From Chromera velia (Eukaryota): DNA of 47,510 bases. This document shows positions 1 to 15,256 of this stretch, piece after piece (position 1 is the stretch's first letter; every line of letters starts with the position of its first letter). The notes under the pieces were generated by a model. That model saw only the letters and a list, made by a program, of their open reading frames with translations, was not told where the DNA came from and did not search any database. The stretch lies in the NCBI GenBank assembly GCA_018398765.1, contig JAHBMJ010000463.1, forward strand, positions 1 to 47,510, read 5' to 3'. The position numbers and the translations under genes are program-made.

Positions 1-280
1 TGGGAGAGGAGGGGAGAGGAGGGGCTTTTGACCCCCCTCCCTGATCAAAGAAACAAACTTATTCGGTGGGCGCTCTCAAAGCTTCCTTCCCTTCCTTGTT
101 TCTGGCTGCTAAGTGGATGGGTGCATGGGTGGACGCGCCGGCGGTCCAGGATGCATTGTCTTCCCTCGAGCCGCCTTTTTTTTTTTTTTCTCCTCCTCGT
201 CTTCTTTTGTTCCCTGCCTGCCCTCACCAAGTAAGTGACTTGGTCCTCTTCTGTCTGTTCGTTTGCTTAATTGATTGCAG

Positions 281-4772
<4,492 letters not shown>

Positions 4773-5798
4773 GTCTCCCTTCGTTTCTCTCTCTCACACG
4801 CACACACTCTCTCTCTCTCATTCTCTGTCCTTTCCGGTCTCTGTTGGTTTGTTTCTCTCTTTTGCTCATTGCTACAGGGTCGGTAGATTCCCTGTCACTT
4901 TCGCTGTCGCCCATTTCCCTGTCATTCTTCTTCCCTCTCTCCTTCTTCCCGTCCATGCAGCGAAAACAGGGCGGCGGGCGGTGCCTCTTGTCAGGCAGTC
5001 TGACTGAATCAGATACTAAGGACCTTACCGAGCCCCGGTTATGTTGCTTCCATTCAGTCCCCCCATATGCTTGCTAGTGCTTCATTCTAGGCTTCATTAG
5101 TTTCGAAACAAATTAAAGCATTGCTTGCAAAGAACACTTTCATCCTAGTTCCATTCTAGCCTGCATTCTGCCGATCGCAACCTGAAATTCTTGATTCATC
5201 ACAGTATGACATCACCTGAAAAACAAATCCAAAAACTAAAAAATATGACTGATTGATATAAAGTAAGCTGAAAAAATGATATCTGCAATCATATATGCGT
5301 AACCAAATTTCTTTAAGAATACGATATCGAGTATTATATGAAGAAAATCAGCCTGAATTATGCATAATTATACCTGAATTTAAATTAAATTGAGGCAGTT
5401 AAAGCCGGTGAGTACACGACGTGGGCCGATAAAAAATGATTTGTTTACTGCCGCTATGAGCAGGTTTTATGAGCTTATATATATATTTTTTGAAATAATC
5501 TATTTTTTGTACTATGATGATGATGATTGAGGGTTAAATCCTAGATTTAGCGACGCCAAACCCAAGCACTATAAGCAGATTTTATAAGTTTGAATATTTA
5601 TTTTTTGTTAGAGAAGTTCTGCAACGTTTTTAACTATTATTTATGTTTTTGCCTAAGTCCTTCCTCTTGTTTGTTAAATCAGTGCTTAATTAATTTATAG
5701 TCCTCATTATTTCCATTATGTTTTCTTTATTCTATAAAGAAATTGAATTGAATAACTCTAATATGAAAAGACAAATCTGTGCAAAGAAAAGTAATAAA

Positions 5799-5852
5799 TG
5801 GTTTAGTGGTATGATGATTGACTCCGGAGTAAGAGGTCGAAGGTTCAATTCC
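5799..5852 (+). pseudogene. Degenerate tRNA-like sequence (Pol III A and B boxes), possible SINE head
   Basis: TGGTTTAGTGGT (A box-like) and GGTTCAATTCC (B box-like) at tRNA spacing; acceptor and T stems do not pair well. Confidence 0.45.
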
Positions 5853-5872
5853 AAGGAAGATCACTTTCAAGA

Positions 5873-6056
5873 CAGAAATCAGAGAACACCACACAAATCA
5901 AGAAAAAACCATAGAAATCAAAGAACACCACACAAATCGAGAAAAAGCCACAGAAATCAGAAAACACCACACAAATCAAGAAAAAGCTACACAAATCAGA
6001 AAACACCACACAAATCAAGAAAAGGCCATAGAAATCAAAGAACCACAGAAATCAGA
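5873..6056. repeat. Imperfect ~39-bp tandem repeat, 4-5 copies
   Basis: CAGAAATCAGAxAACACCACACAAATCAAGAAAAAxCCA units; CAGAAATC fragments continue to ~6152. Confidence 0.85.
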
Positions 6057-6610
6057 TAAATGGAACCGTTGAGATTGAAAGAGCACCACAGAAATCAGAA
6101 ATCGAATGCAGACCGCACGATACACAGAAATCGATTTTGCATCACAGAAATCAAACTCGAATTCATACTGCGCTTCCTGACGTGCAGCTGATTCCGCGCG
6201 GCGAGCCTTACCCGATTTTGACTGCGCGTTTCACACAAATCTAAAAACATCCGATTTTAAGATTTTATAAATCTGAAAATCTGAATAGCTGAATAATTCG
6301 AATCGTCGGATGAAGGGATTAGACTAAAAGTGAACCCCCGGAACTGTCAGTCATTGACTCAAACCGAACCAAGCCTTTGCGAACATCCTTTGAGCGCCTT
6401 TCAACCTGAACTTGACCGCGAACCTTGAATTAAACGAGCCTTCCAACCTGCATTCACTCATATAATTATTGTCTTACCTGATTGACTAGGAGTCTAGATC
6501 GTGCCAACCTTCAAACTTTACTCTATTATGCTAGAGACTTGAAAGAATCTATTATAATCTCTAATACAGAGACGAGTAGACCTCCACACCGCTATAATTG
6601 AGATACTATA

Positions 6611-6829
6611 CACAGTATGGTTAGGAATAACGAAAGTAGGACGGTTACTAGGCGGCCGTTAGGCCGCCCGGTTATCAATTTTATGATTACAGTAGTAGTG
6701 TTCTGATGATAGTGGTAGACGTTTTCAAGTCCGCTGGTTACTATCTCATGGTTACCAAACTGACGGTAACTTGCTACTGGCTAAAAAGGGCTAGAAAAGG
6801 GGCCGGTAGTAACTCCTAACCGTACTGTG
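6611..6829. mobile_element. MITE-like element, 219 bp, TA target duplication (Tc1/mariner-type)
   Basis: Left end CACAGTATGGTTAGGAATAAC; reverse complement of right end CACAGTACGGTTAGGAGTTAC; TA at 6609-6610 and 6830-6831; internal hairpin GGCGGCC-GTTA-GGCCGCC. Confidence 0.7.
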
Positions 6830-8491
6830 TATTGAGTACTCTGTGCTTATGTATTTGGATGACACACGTAGGGATGTAGGCACTCAGTTAGTCGTTATGG
6901 TAGCTAGGATTAGCTCCTACATACGGATAACGATTCTGTCATATGCATGGGTAGTTCTGTTATCTCTGCATGGTCTGTAAGACAAACAACGGATAACTCC
7001 ATTGAGACTGATGATTGAGGTTTTTGTTATGCATGCTGCGTCCCCATATATGAGGGGCGGATCTAGCCTAGTCTGTCAAAAGGTTCCGGTTCGTCCCGTC
7101 TGTTCTGAATCTAGGAACACTGCTCATTGATCACTTTTACTGCGGCTTATTTCTCAAGCGGCGGTAGAGTAGAACTTGGAGAACAACGAAAAGAGGGGAG
7201 AGGCAGGGCAAAAACTTTCTAGTTTGTCCTCTTGGCAAAGGCTACCCTTTAACGGCAGAGAACAACTTCAAAGAGACCCCCCCCATTAATTTGCCCCTCA
7301 TTTTCTCAACCTTCTTTTCTTCCTTTCCTTTCATGCGCTTGCCCCCCCTTTTTTTCCCCTTCTTGTTTGTGTACAAAGAATCAATTACAAAAGGATCGCT
7401 TAGTTTGCGCACTCCATTGAGACTCCATGCTGCACAATTAATTCGTGGCCATGCAGCATGCATGCATGCGCCTTACGCACGTTATGTGCGCGTACCTCAT
7501 TTCATCCTGACATAACTGCTTGCCAAACCTTCACAATGCTACGTGCCCCCTCCCTCCTAAGTGTCGTCCCGACACTTTATCTGCATGACGCACTTTGATC
7601 TCAGTCTGGCTTGATCTAAAAACAAAACAGACTCAAATCAATACAAGTCACTCTCTCTCTTCCAGTCTCTGCTGTTGATTTGGGCTCGTGACGACTGATT
7701 TCAAATGGTTTCAAAGCAGGCTCTCTTTTCTCACATGAAGAGCAGGATGAAGAATCGTTCATAAGACTGGAACCTGGAATGCAGCAGCACACGAGATGAA
7801 CTGTTTCTCTGATTGGCTAATCCGTAGCCAATACAGCCACCTCAGAGTCTGCCTACTTCAACTCCCTGAGTGCCTACATGTCTGCGTGCCCCCCTACGAC
7901 TGTGACAGGCACACCACTGTCATCATCGGGGGGGATACACATACACACATACACATGCGAAGCGAGAGGAACACAGATACACACCAACACAGGGCCAAGA
8001 GAGTGGGACACAGGGAGAGGAAGAAAGAAAGAAGGAAGGATGGAAGGAAGAAGGGAACGATTTCAATTTGAAAGGAAGGATGGAAGCCTTTGGAATGAAG
8101 GGAGCAAGGAAACCCACCCATTGTACCAGCGAGCCGGGCGAAGCTCTGTCGAATTATGCTCCAAATACCGGGTGCCCACACTGCTGATCTCCTCTTTCTG
8201 AGCCCGACCTCCATCTGTCATGGATAGAAGACAGAAGAGCGAACAGAAAGAAGCAACTAGCATGCAGGTAGGCGAAAATGGCGCCGTGCATATGCACAAT
8301 ACGGCCACCTACAGACACTCCAGAATAGACAACTATCAAAGACACGCCAGAGCGCATCGTATATGAAGTTCTGGGAGTGTTTGGTTTGCTTGCTTCGCGA
8401 AATTTGAAAGAGACGGCTAGAGACGGCACGTCTCTCTCACTTGACTACAAACTTCGATCGCCTTCTCTCTTTTCTCAGGTTTCCATTGACC

Positions 8492-9064
8492 ATGGCCAGT
8501 CGCGTGGTCAGTGGTTGCAGGTCATCCGCTCTCATCCTCATACACTGCCCACCAGAAGAGGACGCTGTAGTTGAGGGCGGCAGTGAGAGTCAATGGAGAT
8601 CGCACATTGGGGCGCTCATGTGCCATCCCTCCGCCCTCCAAAACCTGACCCCCCCTCCCCCCTCCGGTTTGAAGCCATCCCTCCGCCCTCTATTGGCGAG
8701 ACGGCCGCAGACCTGCGGACGTTGCATGACGGTTGGACCTCCTCCTTCCTTAAAAGTTTCCCGCAACGCCCCACCGTGGACCCTCCCTGAAGGGCCTAGC
8801 TTGGCAGCAGCTCAGGCTGCAGGTGGAGGCGCACCGAAGAAGAGTGTGCCTGAGCCTCCGGGCCTCCACGAGTGGCGTCTGCGCCGACTCTGCGGCGGTC
8901 AGCAATCGAGGCCAGGTTGGGGATTGGCATTCCCACCGCCCCCCCTACCGTGGGCCATGCAGGGTAGATGCCGGCGCAGTCCCCAGAGCAAAAGCACTCT
9001 AGTATCTCCTTGCAGTCTGAACACTCACAGCAGGAGCAGCAGTTCTGGGTGTAGGATCCGGTGA
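8492..9064 (+). CDS. Possible Pro-rich hypothetical protein (190 aa) or decayed coding fragment
   Basis: GC-rich open frame with ATG just after a pyrimidine-rich CAG acceptor; no recognisable motif. Confidence 0.25.
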   Translation: MASRVVSGCRSSALILIHCPPEEDAVVEGGSESQWRSHIGALMCHPSALQNLTPPPPSGLKPSLRPLLARRPQTCGRCMTVGPPPSLKVSRNAPPWTLPEGPSLAAAQAAGGGAPKKSVPEPPGLHEWRLRRLCGGQQSRPGWGLAFPPPPLPWAMQGRCRRSPQSKSTLVSPCSLNTHSRSSSSGCRIR

Positions 9065-9888
9065 TTCCGGTCTCAACTGCGCTGCCGGCCGCTTCACACC
9101 CATATATCCTGACGTCTAGCCCGGCGTCTTCTCTAGCGTCCTCTATTCAGGAAATCCTGCTTCCGAGCTCCTAAGCAATCACGATTCCTTCTTTTTCGTT
9201 GCAACAAGAAAGTCAACCCAATAAGATTGAAAGTGAAAGTAATCGCTCGATCAGATTTCTACTCTGATTTTTGCTCTGATAGTAGTTCTCTGATCATCTG
9301 AATACATCTGAATTTATGTTGATCAAAAACTTTATCCAAGGTAATAATCTGATAGATTTATTCTTGTAGTGAATCGAAATTATTCGATAAAATATGTGTT
9401 TACATTAACTTATCATTCATTTCTATAAAAAAAATTTCTTTTGAATTGAGGCTTCAACTTGTTTAAGTTTGTTATACAGTCCAGTCGTACAAGTTTTACA
9501 GCTTACTACCTCAATCATATTATGCTAGATTATATGAACTTTCTTTTAAAGAAGGCTGCTAGGAAGGCTGGTACAACGTGTAAATACCGATAAAGGATAA
9601 TACAATTCAATTCAATCTAGAATTCAATACAAGTATAAAATAATTAAAATTGAGTTTTAATATAACACTAAGCATGACAATGGTCTTTATCTAACTCAAA
9701 AAAAATTTGAGTCGGAATCCGACTTAAGAGGATCCTATTTACAGCTAGTTTCAATCGTATATATTTAGAAACTCACCCAGCAGTCAATCAAAACTACAAT
9801 CAGACTCATGATGTCACTTATCATGAAAATTGGTGGCGGCCGGGGAGCTAGATCCAAAAAGGCTCGAGGTGATTCTACGCTTTTAACA

Positions 9889-12800
9889 CTACCCTTCAGG
9901 CCTGAAGGGCTCCACAGCACAGAAGTAGTCTGCAGGCACATCGATTTCCGTGAGGGTGCAGGACCGGAACCCCCCACTTGAGGGTTCTTTGTGACTATAC
10001 CCTCTTCCACCATGACCCAACGGCTGGTCAGCTGCAGACCCCAGTGGACCTTGCAGAGAGACGGGGAGCGCTTGTTGCACTGCAATTAGATGCTCAAACC
10101 ATGCCCCCCCCTGTTCTGCTGAGGACCCCTGCTGATCAGATTCAGACTCCCCACTACTACCACTACTACTGCTGGAATAGTACCGACAGTCGAAAGCCTC
10201 GGGTTCCTCCGAGGCCTCGTAGGGGGGGGCGATGATGTCCAGCAGGACGCAGTCGGACACGGCCACTAGCTCGTGCACGTTGTTGAGAAGGGGCAAGATC
10301 ACGCGGGTTGAGTGCCAGGGAGTCAGAGGGAAAGAATAAGAAGAGGGAGACGAGGTTGCTGTATGAGGAGGCGGGGAGACTGTGTGAGAAACGGTGTGAG
10401 AGGCCTCTCCTGGGTCAATGTGTTCTTCTACTGAGAGAAGGTCCTCTGCGGTGAGGATGGCAGGGACGCGACGGCCGATTTCGGGACTCTCTATGCGTCC
10501 CGCGGAGAGATCAGCGAATGCATTTTGGAAGGATGATGGAGAGACGGGGGACTGATTTGGTTCCTTTTGTGAGGGAGGGGGCGGGGGGGAAGATCCGTTT
10601 TGGTGTACAGAATGAAATTTCAATGCCTTTTCTCTCTCTTCTTCCTTTGTGTGTCGGAAAGTCGTTGGTCGACTTATCGGTTGATGACTTTTGTCTCCTT
10701 CTCCTTTGCTCATCATCTCTTCGTACAGCCTGTGCAGATGGTCTGTCCTTGTGTATGTCTTGATGGAGAGAGAGCCCTCAAGAACCTTCGAGACCACCGC
10801 CATGGAGGGGTGGTCGTGGAGGGGGAGACGGGAACCGGTCGGGATGAAGAAGGCACAGATGATGAAGTCGTCGTTCTGCAAACATGCAATCAGAAGAAGA
10901 TTTCATTTAAATGCATATTCTCAGACAGACAAACAGGCAGGCAGGCAGACGAAGAGAGAAAGACTGAGAAGGCTCAAAGGATGAAGTCCTCAATCTGACT
11001 GTATGCAAAGGAATTTAGAAACCAAGCAGGCATCTTCTGGCTGACGCAGATAGACACGCACAGAAGGACAGGAGTTCCTTCCACGGCGGAAAGAGAAAAA
11101 TGAGCAAAGAGGGTACCTGAGAGGCAGTCTTTCACCACAGATTTGACCAGGCCAGAAACATACTCCCTACACAAAAACAGAACCATTCACAGTTCCAAAC
11201 AGACTGCCAACAATTCGACTGCATGGATTGACTGCGGGGGAGACACACAGCACCAGACGGGAGAGGAAGGAGGAAGGGAGGTCTGTGAGGTAGGGACAGC
11301 GGGACGGCCAGACAAAACTGTACAGGATGTACGAAGGAAGAACTTCACTCCCTGAATGCGTGGAAGGGCCGGTAAATCTGACTGACTGACTTGGAAAACT
11401 GTCGTGGTGCGTATGAACCTGGGTCTGTGTCTAGAATTCCGGGGAGGAGTGAAGCACCTGATGTCGCCGGGTCGTAGGGATTCCAGAAAATTCCTGCAGA
11501 TAGAGACTTGGACACACACACACACGCACAGACCACACTCTGACACACGCATGCCCTCCCTCTTTCTTACATGCACATGCACAGGCGCTCTCCATCTCTG
11601 TCTTTCACATGCAGACCGCACATGCATGAACACACATTCAGGCGGGCACACGAACCAAGAGAGAGACAGAGAGAAGACGGCGAGAGAGTTTTGATTGTAT
11701 CTGTCCGGCAAGGCAATATAAGAGACGGCAACAGCGTTCTGAGTGTAGAGGGGGGACGTTCTGAGCGTCTTTCCACAGAGATCCAAACAAACGAGACGGC
11801 AACAGAGTTCTGAGTGTAGAGGGGGGGCGTTCTGAGCGTCTTTCCACAGAGATCCAAACAAACGAGACGGCAACAGCGTTCTGAGTGTAGAGGGGGGGCG
11901 TTCTGAGCGTCTTTCCACAGAGATCCAAACAAACGAGACGGCAACAGAGTTCTGAGTGTAGAGGGGGGACGTTCTGAGCGTCTTTCCACAGAGATCCAAA
12001 CAAACGAGACGGCAACAGCGTTCTGAGTGTAGAGGGGGGACGTTCTGAGCGTCTTTCCACAGAGATCCAAACAAACGAGACGGCAACAGAGTTCTGAGTG
12101 TAGAGGGGGGGCGTTCTGAGCGTCTTTCCACAGAGATCCAAACAAACGAGACGGCAACAGCGTTCTGAGTGTAGATGGGGGACGTTCTGAGCGTCTTTCC
12201 ACAGAGATCCAAACAAACGAGACGGCAACAGAGTTCTGAGTGTAGAGGGGGGACGTTCTGAGCGTCTTTCCACAGAGATCCAAACAAACGAGACGGCAAC
12301 AGCGTTCTGAGTGTAGAGGGGGGACGTTCTGAGCGTCTTTCCACAGAGATCCAAACAAACGAGACGGCAACAGAGTTCTGAGTGTAGAGGGGGGACGTTC
12401 TGAGCGTCTTTCCACAGAGATCCAAACAAACGAGACGGCAACAGAGTTCTGAGTGTAGAGGGGGGACGTTCTGAGCGTCTTTCCACAGAGATCCAAACAA
12501 TCGAGACGGCAACAGAGTTCTGAGTGTAGAGGGGGGACGTTCTGAGCGTCTTTCCACAGAGATCCAAACAAACGAGACGGCAACAGAGTTCTGAGTGTAG
12601 AGGGGGGGCGTTCTGAGCGTCTTTCCACAGAGATCCAAACAAACGAGACGGCAACAGAGTTGTGAGTGTAGAGGGGGGACGTTCTGAGCGTCTTTCCACA
12701 GAGATCCAAACAATCGAGACGGGGACTGTGCTTGTGTCAAAGATAGGGGAATTGCCTGGCTTCACTCAGTCTCAGCATCAGCACTGACAGACTGTTCTCT

Positions 12801-13200
12801 TCAAGCGATAGCCAGGCAGAAGTCCCTCCAAAATTCAGTCCATGTCTATTTTGCGTAGGCTCGCCTAACTTCTGTTCATAGAATTCTTTTTCTTCACCGG
12901 CTCTCACTACAAAATGCAACGCAAAAAGGAGACACAGGCAAAGAGGGAGAGAACTGACCGTAACTGAATCCAATGCGCTTCGTTTGGCGTCTCCAATCGT
13001 CCAGTCGCACTAGATCTCTTGAACACGCGACTCGAGAGTTCGACCAGAGTGTTCACGTTCACATGGGCCGAACTTCTTGAGACAGACGTGCCAGACATGG
13101 GTGACGTCAATTTGAGAAAACGCGAGTAAAGCCGTCCCATGAAACCGCTTTCACTTTCCCTTTCTGGTTCTCGTCTCCAATTCGAAGCCGTCTCCTCCAT
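9889..13200 (-). CDS. Plant cysteine oxidase / cysteamine dioxygenase (PCO/ADO) family thiol dioxygenase, 443 aa
   Basis: Exons 13200-12959, 11493-11391, 10875-9889 join in phase. Motifs: VNTLVELSSRVF...IQLRNFLESLRPGDI, FFIPTGSRLPLHDHPSMAVVSKVLEGSL (HxH), NNVHELVA (third His), LLDIIAPPY, DCRYY. Confidence 0.9.
11722..12721. repeat. Intronic minisatellite, 71-bp unit, ~14 copies
   Basis: GAGACGGCAACAGMGTTCTGAGTGTAGAGGGGGGRCGTTCTGAGCGTCTTTCCACAGAGATCCAAACAAAC tandem array in PCO intron 1. Confidence 0.95.
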
Positions 13201-13994
13201 CAAAAAACAGCTAGGCAGGCAAGCTCAACACGCAGTCAATGAACACTCATCGCCGGCAGACACGCATGTATTAATACATTTCGTCGCAAGGAGTCACATC
13301 TGAGTCACAACTGACAACCTCTAACAGCAAATCACAGCTTCAGTTGAAGGAGAAAAAGGAGTGATTGAGGATGGATATGGCGGAGAATGCATGGCGGCGC
13401 GCATGGTGCATGCAGGGGGCCGCGGCCGGCCACATGCATCCGGCCACATATACGCGCGGCGCCGCCGCATGTTGGCGGACTGCACTGAAAGCGCTGTTCA
13501 TCGCTGTTCGGTACACAGCTTCAACTAAATACGCTCCACCTACCCTTCTTAGCGCACCTCATCTAGTGCTGTCGCAGTTTCCTTCCTTCATTGCCCTCAG
13601 ACGCCACACAACCGTGCGCTCCCTTCTATCCTGCCGATGACGCGGACGGGGTCGTCGAACCGTCTACGCAGTGAAGATTCCGAACCAGTCGGGTGATCGC
13701 CGCCTCTCTCAGTACATCTGTTGTTTGACAGAAGCAGACGGGTGGGAGGGAAAAGGGTGAGATTCTTTGAACTCACTTCGGTAGCTGTGCAATTGCCCGT
13801 CGGCATCCTGCCTGCAGGAGAGGGGAGGGAGTGTTGCTTGCAGCAGAGACGGTCGTTTGTTTGTCTATTTCTATTCAGTCTTTGAAAGCGCCTCCCCATC
13901 CTCTCTCTTGCCCAGTTCCTGCCCCTCTTTGTCTGCGTGGGAGGGCTTCCCCACTTCTGTATTTCCTTCTTCACCTCTGCACCATCGCCTTCCG
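13201..13994. promoter_or_regulatory. Probable bidirectional promoter between PCO/ADO and PNGase
   Basis: ~0.8 kb between divergent start codons; central GC-rich cluster with TGCATG motifs at 13385-13470. Confidence 0.5.
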
Positions 13995-15215
13995 ATGCCG
14001 AGGGGGAGGGGGCTGTTCCTGTGCCTTTTGCTGTGGCTTCCTGGGTGTGTTGCCGTCTCCCTGTCCTCCTTCTCTTCCCTGGCCGTCTCGTTCATAAGCG
14101 TGACGGCTGTTGTGTCAGTCAGTGCGAGGAGACTGGGAAAGGGTCTCTGCCACTTCGTGGCGTGTGCTCCGGGGGCTGGCTCGGAAAAGGGTTCGAGGCG
14201 GAGGGGGACACTGCTTCCCTCAGGGGGGCACTCTCAGCCCCTGTTGAACAAGGGACAGAAGTCAGGGGGAGGAGGGGGGTCAGGGCAGCCGGAGGGAGAG
14301 GGAACACAACGGACAGGGGGGCTGTGGGCCGCGCGGTCTTCTTATTCGGATGAGGCCCCGGCAGAGTTTCGCGTCCGTCTCTCCTCCTGCTGCCTGGGTC
14401 CGGAGGTCCTCGAAAGTGTCCAGGGAGAGGCCGGGGCCCTCGAAGAGGCGTTGAGGGGGATTGGGCCCTCTGGGTCCCCTCTCGAGTTGTTCTCTGTCAG
14501 CTCACTTGAGGGGGCCACAGAGAGTGAGGCGGCAGATAAGCTGAGCAGATTTGTGATGACCCAACTTGCCTCTCGTGGAAGTACTTCTCCGTCTCCCTCC
14601 CCTCCCTTCGGCACGGAGACGGTTTCAGACCTTGTGTCTCTCTCTGTGTCTCCGGAGAGGGCAGCAGTCCCTCTTGACGACCTGCCGAGTCGCGACCCTT
14701 TCTTCGTCTCTCCGGAGACGGCAGAGCGCTTTCTGGAGGCTCTGCGAAGTTTGGTTTCTCACAAGGAGACGGACCTGATGGTCAGGGAGGAGAGGGAGGA
14801 GACGAGGAAGGTCTACAGGGCAGGGAAACTTCTTGTGCAGGAACCTGCCGCAGTGAACCACCTGGCAGGTCCGTCGGTCGGTCGGTCGGTCATTCGACGC
14901 GCACGTGAGCCTGGAAGAGACTGGGATGATTCATTTCTCTTAATTGCTGATCGGTTGCCCTTCTATCGAGTGGTTTCTTCCGTCCGTCCGTCCGTCCGTC
15001 CTGTCTATCTCTTCTCTTCGACCAGCTTCCTCCCTCATGTGTGTGTCTGCTGGCTTGTAATCCTGTGTGCTTCCTCCCTCATGTGTGGGAGGAAAGGGCT
15101 TGTAATCCCTCATGCACTGTACACTCCCTGTGTGCGCCCTTTTCTCCCTTGCTTTTGCCCTCGATGTCGTCTAGCACAAAAATTCTTCTTCTTCTTCGGA
15201 CTTCTCTCCCTCTCT

Positions 15216-15256
<41 letters not shown>

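Noticed and set aside
1..230. Definite upstream OSCA exon ending at the GTAAGT donor (231)
   Set aside because: The donor looks real, but the frame and acceptor cannot be fixed across the poly-T tract, so it is left out of the model
5799..5865. Functional tRNA gene
   Set aside because: Acceptor and T stems do not base-pair
5718..6059. 113-aa basic repeat protein
   Set aside because: Frame is kept open by the 39-bp repeat in AT-rich DNA unlike the real exons
11722..12721. CRISPR-like array, also considered for 4034-4579, 20884-21406 and 41025-41425
   Set aside because: Units are contiguous with no unique spacers, there are no cas genes and the context is eukaryotic introns
11187..12765. Long ORFs of 375-517 aa
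   Set aside because: Stop-free frames created by the 71-bp minisatellite; only 11391-11493 is exonic
12765..12906. Extra PCO exon (EEKEFYEQKLG...)
   Set aside because: Direct splicing of 12959 to 11493 is in phase and restores the conserved helix; the best acceptor here gives a stop in the required phase
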